Of a stretch of DNA of 64,000 nt, positions 55,999 through 64,000 are shown piece by piece. The position numbers were made by a program, and so were the translations under genes. The stretch's first letter is position 1. Each line of letters begins with the position of its first letter. The notes under the pieces are model-generated. The model made no database searches, was not told the DNA's origin, and saw only the letters and a program-made list of their open reading frames with translations. The stretch comes from Candidatus Eiseniibacteriota bacterium. Its GTDB lineage: Bacteria > Eisenbacteria > RBG-16-71-46 > CAVPCR01. Where the stretch lies: contig CAVPCR010000001.1 of the NCBI GenBank assembly GCA_963702435.1, positions 1,280,001-1,344,000 on the forward strand, written 5' to 3'.

Positions 55999-56179
55999 GA
56001 TCAGGGGCGACTTGGACGCGGTCGCATCGATCCGAGCCGGGGGCCGGGAACGGGCTCGAACCGCGATCGTCTTCGGGCGTCGGGGGCGGGAGCACGAGCG
56101 ACCGGAAGCGTCACCCGAGTTTAACCGAGAACCCCGCCCCTAGCCAGGGGTTCCGCCCGCCATGGGGACCCTACTTCGG

Positions 56180-56226
56180 CGGCTCGGCGGCCCCTTCAGC
56201 CGGCGCCTCGGCGGCCCCTTCAGCCG
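56180..56226. repeat. Tandem 24-bp duplication containing the OMP gene stop codon
   Basis: CTCGGCGGCCCCTTCAGCCGG occurs twice in tandem. Confidence 0.7.
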
Positions 56227-57008
56227 GGGCCTCGGGCTTCGGCCGGCGGCGCCGCGGCCTCACCGGCCGGGGCCGGCGCCGGGCGCCGGGGGATGTGAAA
56301 GCTCAGCCCGGCGAGCACGGCCACCTCGCGCCCGGGAAGGGAGAACTCGGCATCATCGGCGAGGCTCGTGAGACCCAGCGTGTAGCGCCCCTCGACCAGG
56401 AGGGAGGCGGCGCTGTTCAGCTCGACCTCGACTCCGCCGCCCATGACGAGGCCGAAGGACATGCCCTTCATCGGCAGGTCCTCGGGGATCTCGGACCCGC
56501 CGAACGACACGACGAACGCTCCATCGAGATTCACGCCGATCGAAGGGCCGAAGAGCACGAGGGGCTGCACGGCGCCGTGCGCGGCCGCGGCAGGAGTCCA
56601 GCGGAGCGTCAGCGGGAACTCCAGGTATGAAGCCTCGATGACGCCCTCGAGACCCACGATCCCGAACCTGTCCACGACCCCCGTCCAGCTGAACTCGCTG
56701 CCGCGCGGAACGTAATGGACCTCGGGCTGGAACAGGAGATCGCGGTGGAACGGGAAGGCGACGAACCCGCCGATGGCCGGACCGAGGCGGGACTCGCGCT
56801 CGGAGTCCCAGGTTCCACCTGCCACGTCCTCGAACTCGGCCTGGAGCGCAAGCCGGAACTCGTCCGCGTCGCCCCCGAGGTTGGCGATCGTCATCCCGCC
56901 GTAGAAGCCGACCTCCATCGCCCCGGCGGGCGGCGCCGCCAGCGCGATCAAGCCGGCCGCCGCCAGGCCGGCGAACGCAGTGCCGACAGGCATCGAGCGC
57001 GCAGCCAT
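56220..57008 (-). CDS. Outer-membrane beta-barrel (PorT/OMP_b-brl_2-like) protein
   Basis: GGAGGTG SD, signal peptide, FQPEVHY..RG, YLEFPL, FGPSIG, EGRYTLGL, AGLSF. Confidence 0.82.
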   Translation of the reverse strand: MAARSMPVGTAFAGLAAAGLIALAAPPAGAMEVGFYGGMTIANLGGDADEFRLALQAEFEDVAGGTWDSERESRLGPAIGGFVAFPFHRDLLFQPEVHYVPRGSEFSWTGVVDRFGIVGLEGVIEASYLEFPLTLRWTPAAAAHGAVQPLVLFGPSIGVNLDGAFVVSFGGSEIPEDLPMKGMSFGLVMGGGVEVELNSAASLLVEGRYTLGLTSLADDAEFSLPGREVAVLAGLSFHIPRRPAPAPAGEAAAPPAEARGPG

Positions 57009-57162
57009 AGCACCTCCCTTCCGGGATTTCATCCCGGCAGACGCCACACCGGAGGTTCATCTTAGCACCGCGATTGGCTCTTCGCCCCCGGGGCAGTAAG
57101 ATGATGCCAGCGCCGACCTCGGCCGCGACGAGAGCCTGGCCACCTCCGGAGACGCGAAACCC

Positions 57163-57762
57163 ATGCCCCACTCGCCGACCGCGACGTCCGATGCCCGCAC
57201 CCGGCTCCTTCTCCTCCTCCGCGAGCGCTCTTACATGGAGGGGGACTTCATCCTCTCCTCGGGCAAGCGCTCGACCTTCTACGTGGACATGAAGAAGACG
57301 ACCTATGACGCACGCGGCCGCGAGCTCCTCGGCGCCGCCATCGCCGACTGGCTCGAGCAGGAGGGGCTCACCCCCGACTCGATCGGCGGCCTCACGCTCG
57401 GCGCCGACGCCATCGCGCACGCCGTGGGCAGCGAGCTCCACCGGCGGGGACGCACGGTGCGCGAGGCCTCGGTGCGGAAGTCGCCGAAGGACCACGGGCG
57501 CATGCGGCTCATCGAGGGCAACTTCGAGGCGGGCGACCGCGTGCTCGTGCTGGACGACGTGGTGACGACCGGCGACTCCACCATCCGCGCCATCGACGCC
57601 TTCCGCAGCGAAGGCGGCACCGTCCTCGCCGCGCTCGCCATCGTGGATCGGAAGCAGGGCGGGAGCGAGAACATCGCGGCGCGCGACGTGCGCTTCGCGG
57701 CGCTGTTCACCATCGACGAGCTCAGGAGCGCGCCGGCGCCCGCCCGCACGGCGAGCGCATAG
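57163..57762 (+). CDS. pyrE: Orotate phosphoribosyltransferase
   Basis: GDFILSSGKRSTFYVD, GGLTLGA, VRKSPKDHG, VLDDVVTTG, IVDR. Confidence 0.93.
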   Translation: MPHSPTATSDARTRLLLLLRERSYMEGDFILSSGKRSTFYVDMKKTTYDARGRELLGAAIADWLEQEGLTPDSIGGLTLGADAIAHAVGSELHRRGRTVREASVRKSPKDHGRMRLIEGNFEAGDRVLVLDDVVTTGDSTIRAIDAFRSEGGTVLAALAIVDRKQGGSENIAARDVRFAALFTIDELRSAPAPARTASA

Positions 57763-57793
57763 GCGGCGCCAGCCCACCCGGGGGCCTATCGGC

Positions 57794-59400
57794 ATGACCG
57801 TCCGCCCAGCAGCCGGCGCCCTCTTCCGGACACTCCTCGTGGCGGCCGCGCTCGCGGCGCTCGCCCTCGCGCCCGCGCGAACGGCGAGCGCACAGGAGGA
57901 ATTCGAGGTCACGATCGAGACGACTCTCGGCGGCACCGAGACCTTCTGGCTCCAGATCCCCGCCGGGTACACGCCCGGCACCCCGCGCCCGCTCCTCATC
58001 GGCTGGCACCAGTGGGGCGGGAACCACGACGAGATGCAGCTCGCCAGCGACTTCGACGCCGAGGCCAACGCGCGCGGCTGGATCGCCGCCTCCCACGACG
58101 GTCCGAGCCCCACCCACTGGAACAACCAGGCGACCCAGTCGCACGTCGTCGACGTCATCCGCTGGATCGAGGAGCGTTACAGCGTCGATCCCGGACCGCA
58201 TCTACATGGTCGGCGCCTCGATGGGCGGCGCGGCCGGGATGGTCTTCGCGAACAACCACCTCGATCCGCGGCGGGCCGATGGTGGCGGCGGCCGCCTCGA
58301 TCTCCGGGATCCAGGATTGCGAGCGCCGCTTCCACGAGCAGGGGATCAACTACTCGATGATCGGGGCGTTCGGCGGGACGCCCGAGCGAGGTCCCGCTCG
58401 AGTATCACCGGAACTCCGCCGTCTGCTTCGCCGATCGACCGCAGCATGCACTGCAATGCCCGGCACCTGCCGCTCTGCTCACCTTCGGCCGCGGCGACAT
58501 CCGACCAGATCTGGCGCGCGCACGCCGAGGACCTCTACGCGGTGATGCCGGCCGTCGCCGACACGGTGATGATCCGCGAGTCGTCCCTCGACGGCCACGG
58601 CTGGGGCTGCGCGGAGGAGGGGCTGATCTGCGACTTCCTCGGGAGCTTCGCCCTCGAGCGGTATCCGGAGCGGATCTGCCGTCGAGGCCGACGAGGAAGG
58701 GCGCTGGTACTGGACCGATCTCGAGATGCGGCAACCGGCGGAGTCATTCGCGCGAATCCGTGGCGCGCTCAACGCCACGCAGCGCCACGTGGACTTCGAC
58801 ATGCTCGGCAATGTGGCGGCGGCGACTCTGGATCTCGAGGCCGCTGGCTTCCCGCTGTCGGCCGGACCGTTCACCTGCCGGTGGGAGATCGATGACGGCG
58901 CGCCCGCGGAGCTCGCGTTCAGCGAAGTCGAGTCGGCGCCCGCCCTGGTCCTCCGCGACGGTGTTCCCTACAGTGGGTGGACCCATGACCCGGGGCGACG
59001 TCTCCTCATCCTCCAGGGACAGGGCGCCGCACTCTACGCGGTCTATTTCACGGGGACCGCCGTTCCGCCGGACGATGCGCGGGGCGGCAACGCCGGTGGA
59101 ACGGGGCTCAGCCTGACCGCGTGGAGTGTCGGGAACGCCTCCTTCGCCGCGCGCTTCACGCTCTCGGCGACGATGCGAGTGGACCTGACCCTGCACGATG
59201 CCGCGGGCCGCCTGGTCGATGCCCTGCTCGATGAGGTGCGGGCGCCCGGCACGCACCAGGTGACCTGGGACGGACGCCTCGCCTCGGGCCGCCGCGCCCC
59301 GAGCGGGTGCTACTTCTTCCACCTCGCGGCGGAAGGGCGGCGGACACGCACCGCGGGTGAGACGCAGCGCGCCGTGACCCGCCTCGTGCTCGTTCGATGA
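57794..59400 (+). CDS. Secreted alpha/beta-hydrolase (esterase/depolymerase-like) with FlgD-Ig/T9SS-like CTD, several frameshifts between 58190 and 58690
   Basis: IPAGYTPGTPRPLLIGWH, YSVDP/DRIYMVGASMGG (GxSxG), GHGW. CTD LHDAAGRLV...WDGR...SGCYF. The pieces lie in different frames. Confidence 0.72.
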
Positions 59401-59415
59401 GGATGCCTTGCGGCG

Positions 59416-60986
59416 TCAGCGGAGAACAGCGACCTTGATCGTCTCCGACCGCCCGGTCCGGCCGGTGAGCGTCGCGAAGTAGATCCCCGCCGGCAGGTCG
59501 GATGGCGGGTTCCAATCCACCCCGTGGCCGCCCGCGAGAATCGCGACCACAAGACGTCCACTGCTGTTGTGGATCTCGAGCGTCTGCCCGCCCGCACCGG
59601 CGTTGAAGGTGAACGTCGCGCCCCCGTGGATCGGATTGGGATGTACCGCGAGGCGGAGCGGCAGCGCCGGCGCCACCTCATCCACGGCCGCCAAGCCGCA
59701 CGCGACCGGCCAGGCGCCGATGAGCCCGCAGCCCGGCGGCGACAGCGCGGGCGCGCAGGGCGAGCGCGCATCGAGCGTCAAGTCGCGCGCCGGCGCGTCG
59801 CAGAAGAGCGGATCGACCGAGATGTTGCCGTCGATCCCCGTCAGATCGGGGCAGTCACGGCCGTAGTTGCCCTGCGCGTTCCCCCAGACATCGTTGCAGG
59901 CGATCGATCCGGCAGCCGGCACGCGGTACGAGGTGATTCCGGAGCCATTGTGGACAACGACGTTGTTGCTCACGATGAGCGGCGTCTGCTCCAGGACCCA
60001 CAGATCGATGCCCTCGTTGAAGTTGTAGGCCACCGTGTTGCGCGCGATCGTCCCTTGCGAGCGGCTCACCTTCAAGGCGATGCCCCGATTGTCGAAGAAG
60101 GTATTGTCTTCGATGGTCGCGATCGCGAAGACGCAGTCGATGCCCGCTCCTCCCCAGAACATGCTGGCCCAGTTGTCATCGAAAACACATCGGCGGATAA
60201 CGATCTCCCAGTCCCGGAGCCCCGAGCCATCGTCATAGCCGAGGTAACCGGCGCGAATGGCGGCTCCTTCCATCGCGAATCCGCCGCTGAACCGGCAGTC
60301 CTCGATGAGGGCATCCCCCCGGACATCGATGGCACCGCCGAACCCGCCCTCGAAACCTGAGGCGTCGTTGCCGATGAACTCCGAGCTCCGCACCTCGAGC
60401 CGCGCCCCGGGCACGGCCTCGATGGCGCCCCCGAGGCCCCCGCCCGAGAGATCCGTGACGGCGGCCAGGTTCTCCTGGAAGAGGCTCGACTCGACGAGGA
60501 GCGTCGAGCCCGCACCGAGCATCGCGCGGCGCCGGCGGCACCAAAGCCCGCGGTGCCCTCGGCGCGGTTCCCGAGGAAGCGGCACCGCCGCACCGTGAGC
60601 GAGGCGCCGCCGCTCAGGCGGATGCCGGCGCCTTGCACCGCCTTGCCGTCACGGAAGGTCAAGTCCGCGAGCACGGTCGCCGTGGTGACGCCGGGCCCCG
60701 CCACGTCGAGAATGCGGTAGACCGAGCTTCCAGAGAGGATCGTCGCCGCGGCACCGGACTCGCCGAAGATGGTCACGTCCTTCCCGGACAGGGTCAGGCT
60801 CTCGGCGTAGGTGCCGGCGCGCACGAGGATCGAGTCGCCGCTCGCCGCAGCCGTGATCGCGTCCTGGATGGCCGGTGCCTGGTCGGGGACGATGATGAGG
60901 GCGGCGACGGCCGGAGGGGTGAACGCGAGCAGTGCCAGGAAGAAAACGAGGGGCACGAGGAGGTAGGCTGGCCAGAACGGTCGCAT
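59416..60986 (-). CDS. Secreted right-handed beta-helix (pectin-lyase fold) protein with CTD, one frameshift near 60545
   Basis: AAGGAGG SD, IQDAITAAASGDSILVRAGTY, GGAI/FxxN repeats, NISVDPLFCD..L...SPC, HPNP...AGIYF. Confidence 0.82.
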
Positions 60987-61217
60987 GGCGACCTCCTTTC
61001 ACCTGCATCCGCAGATTGGGCCGGGACCCGCTCACCTTCATTCTACTCCACGTTGCCACGCTCGGGTGCCGCCCGCCGGGCTGCTGTATAATCTTCTGCC
61101 CCAGCCGACCGATCCCGGATCACGAGGAGCGCCGTCCCGGGCCGCGACGGGCGCTGGGCCGTCGCCGCTCAGCACCAAGTTGCTGCTGGCGTGTCCAACA
61201 AGCCAAGGAGGCACCCT

Positions 61218-61885
61218 TTGACCGCGACGATGAATCCGCCCGCGACCGAGCGCCCGCGTCTCGAGCTGAACGGTGCGGCGCCCGATTTCGAAGCCAATAC
61301 CACCCACGGCCCGGTCCGCCTCTCGACCTGGCAAACGGGCAAGTGGGTCATCCTGTTCTCGCATCCGGCCGATTTCACGCCGGTGTGCACGACCGAGTTC
61401 ATCGAGATTCGCCAAGCGTTACGACGAGTTCGAGAAGAAAGGGCGTGGCGCTCATCGGCAACTCGATCGACTCGGTCTACAGCCACATCGCCTGGGTCCG
61501 CAACATCGAGGAGAAGTTCGGCGTCAAGATCAAGTTCCCGGTGATCGCCGATCTCGATCAGAAGGTCGCGCAGCTCTACGGGATGGTGCACCTGGCGAGC
61601 GCCGCCACGGCGGCCGTGCGCTGCGTCTTCTTCATCGATCCGAAGCGCGCGATCCGCGCCATGATCTACTACCCGCTCAACGTCGGGCGCAACTTCGACG
61701 AGATCATGCGGGTCATCGACGCCCTGCAGACCGTGGATGCGAAGGGAGTCGCCTGCCCGGCCAACTGGACGCCGGGGCAGGAGGTCATCGTGCCCCCGCC
61801 GACGACGACGCAGGCCGCCGAGGAGCGGATCAAGATGACCGACATCAAGGTCACCGACTGGTACTTCTCGAAGAAGAAGATCTAG
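61218..61885 (+). CDS. Prx6-type peroxiredoxin (two single-base insertions near 61408 and 61440)
   Basis: AAGGAGG then [21 protein letters not shown], then across frames [42 protein letters not shown]. Confidence 0.88.
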
Positions 61886-61961
61886 CTCGCGCATGTCGTG
61901 GAACGGTCCGGCGCGCCCCGCGAACGGGCGCGCCGGCCGTGCACTCACCGCCCTCACCAGC

Positions 61962-63255
61962 ATGACCACCACCCCCGCTGTCGCCGCCGGTACCGCCCCC
62001 GCCCGCCGTCGCGTCGTCACGCCGTTCCAGGTCTTCTGCCTCGGCGTGAACGCCATCATCGGCTCCGGCATCTTCCTCCTCCCGGGCCGCGATCGACGCG
62101 CTCCTCGGCGCGGCAGCCGTATGGGGCTTCGTCGTCGCCGCCGCCGGCCTCGCCCCGATCGCTCTCGCCTTCGCCGATCTCGGGCGCCGCTTCGAGCGGG
62201 ACGGCGGCCCGTACCTCTATGCGCACGCCGCCTTCGGCCCGCGTGCGGGCTACGCGGTGGGCTGGGTGGCCTGGGCGACCGCGGTCGTGTCGTGGGCGGC
62301 GGTGGCCTCCGCGGTCGCCGCCTATCTCGCCGTGTTCGTCCCGGCGGCCGGACGCAGCGGCGCCGCCCACTGGATCGGCGCGCTCGTCGTCCTCGTTCTC
62401 GCCGCGATCAACGTGCGCGGGGTCCGCCTCGGCGCGCGCGTGATGATGCTCCTCACGATCGCGAAGTCGGCGCCGCTCCTCCTCGTGGCGCTCGTCGCGC
62501 TGCCGCATCTCGACCCGGCGCGCCTCGACGTGCTCACGCCCGCGGGCGGCTCGTGGGCCGGCTTCCCGGCAGCCCTGTGGATGGCGCTCTTCGCCTGTCA
62601 GGGATTCGAGGTGGCGCCGATCATCGCCGGGGAGGTGCGCGGGGCGCGGCGCGCGGTGCCGATCGCGGTCGTGGGTGCGCTCGGCTTCTCGACCGCCGTT
62701 TACATCGCGCTCCAGCTCTGCGTGTCGGCCGGACCGGTCGCCCTCGCCGGCTCCGAGCGCCCGCTCTCCGATCTGGCGCACGCGCTCGCCGGTCCCGCCG
62801 GCGCGACCTTCGTCGCCGCCGCCGCGCTCGTCTCGATCCTCGGCTACAACGCGGGTACCGCGCTCTCCGGCGCCCACTACCTGACCGTGCTCGCCGAGGA
62901 CGGTTTCCTGCCGCGGGCGCTCGCCGCGCGCCACCCGCGCTGCGCGACCCCGGCGCTCGCCATCCTCGTCACCGCCGGCGCCACCATCGCCTTCGCGCTC
63001 GCCGCGGTCTTCGAGCGCCTGATCGCGATCTCGGTCCTCGCCGTCGTGCTCCAGTACGCGGCGACGACCGGCGCGCTCCTCGCGCTCCGCTACCGGGAAG
63101 GAGGCCGGCGGATCGACCGCAGGCTCATCGTGCCGGCGCTCGGGCTCCTCGTCTCGCTCGCCTTCCTCGCCCAGGCACGGCTCGCCGATGCGCTCGTGTT
63201 CGGCGCGGTGCTTGCGGTCGGGATCGGGGCCGCGTTCCTCTACCGCCGCGCCTGA
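61962..63255 (+). CDS. APC-family amino acid permease (frameshift near 62087)
   Basis: GVNAIIGSGIFLLP, then GGPYLYAHAAFG, GFE, AGEV, LAEDGFLP..TP. About 12 TM segments. Confidence 0.85.
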
Positions 63256-63277
63256 GCTTTGCGCCCGGAGTCGCGCG

Positions 63278-63922
63278 CTAGTCCGCGGCCGGCGCCGCCC
63301 GCCGCTTCTTCATGCGTTCCCGGACGATGGCGATGATCCCGGGCAGGATCGAGAGGAGGATCACCACGGCCACCACCTTGTGCACGTGGCGATCGATGTC
63401 GGGGATGGCGTTCCCGAGGAAGTAGCCGATGAGGGTCATGCTCGCCACCCACCCGATCCCGCCGAACACGTTGTAGAAGACGAAGTGCCGGTAGTCCATC
63501 TGGCCGACGCCGGCCACGATCGGGGCGAAGGTGCGGGCGAAGGGCATGAAGCGTGCTATGACGATGGTCTTGCCGCCGTGCTTCTCGTAGAAGGCCTTGG
63601 TGCGGAGCAGATGATCCTTGGCGAAGAAGAGCGACTTCTCGCGGGTGAAGATCTTGGGACCCGTCCGCCGCCCGATCGCATACCCCGTCGAGTCGCCGAT
63701 GATGGCCGCCGCCATCAGGAGGAGATTGAGGACGACGATGTTGAGATCGCCGGCCGCGGCGATGATGCCGGCGGTGACGAGCAGCGAGTCGCCGGGCAGG
63801 AAGAAGCCGACGAGGAGGCCGGTCTCCGCGAACACGATGAGGGTCAGCACGATGTATCCGCCCCAGCGGATCAGCGCCTCGAGGTTGTAGAGATTCTCGA
63901 AGAAGTAGTGGATCGGGTCCAT
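63278..63922 (-). CDS. dedA: DedA/VTT-family membrane protein
   Basis: FAETGLLVGFFLPGDSLL, GDSTGY, FYEKHGGKTIVIARFMPFARTF. Confidence 0.94.
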   Translation of the reverse strand: MDPIHYFFENLYNLEALIRWGGYIVLTLIVFAETGLLVGFFLPGDSLLVTAGIIAAAGDLNIVVLNLLLMAAAIIGDSTGYAIGRRTGPKIFTREKSLFFAKDHLLRTKAFYEKHGGKTIVIARFMPFARTFAPIVAGVGQMDYRHFVFYNVFGGIGWVASMTLIGYFLGNAIPDIDRHVHKVVAVVILLSILPGIIAIVRERMKKRRAAPAAD

Positions 63923-64000
63923 GCCCTCGTCCTGGTCCGGGTTCGCGGGGAGCGCGGAAAGACCGCCAGTGTATCAGATGGTGGCGCCGCGGCCCGGCGG

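Noticed and set aside
61400..61445. Programmed frameshift in the Prx6 gene
   Set aside because: It would need two shifts about 30 nt apart in a conserved enzyme, and neighbouring genes show similar indels, so sequencing error is more likely.

Overview
A 64 kb, very GC-rich bacterial chromosomal window, mostly housekeeping and secretome genes. Six secreted proteins end in a FlgD-Ig/T9SS-like C-terminal domain and one ends in TWGAIK, which suggests an FCB-group candidate phylum such as Eisenbacteria or Krumholzibacteria (inference). I recognised no rRNA, tRNA, CRISPR array, transposase or integrase. Recognisable genes include an NfeD-SPFH pair, several peptidases, miaE, rsgA, nnr, acpS, pyrE, a DUF4159-DUF4175-TPR cluster, a Ser/Thr kinase, a pilin with a sigma54 promoter and dedA. 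Main points of interest: (1) two in-frame UGA codons at Cys-equivalent positions, each followed by a SECIS-like hairpin, giving a Sec-peroxiredoxin and an apparent Sec-rhodanese fused to a K+ channel that the ORF track splits in two; (2) a three-gene unit of a class II aldolase lacking its Zn ligands, a 62-aa helical protein and a membrane-anchored SbcC/SMC-like ATPase with no nuclease partner; (3) an intact PyrF-fold ORF missing the catalytic Lys/Asp residues; (4) a five-copy 58-61 bp repeat array behind an orphan sigma54-like promoter; (5) recurrent leaderless or bidirectional promoters and tandem duplications of stop-codon regions. Indel frameshifts near 29.7, 49.6-49.7 and 58-62 kb look like assembly errors. 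All family assignments come from reading motifs by eye, not from database searches.
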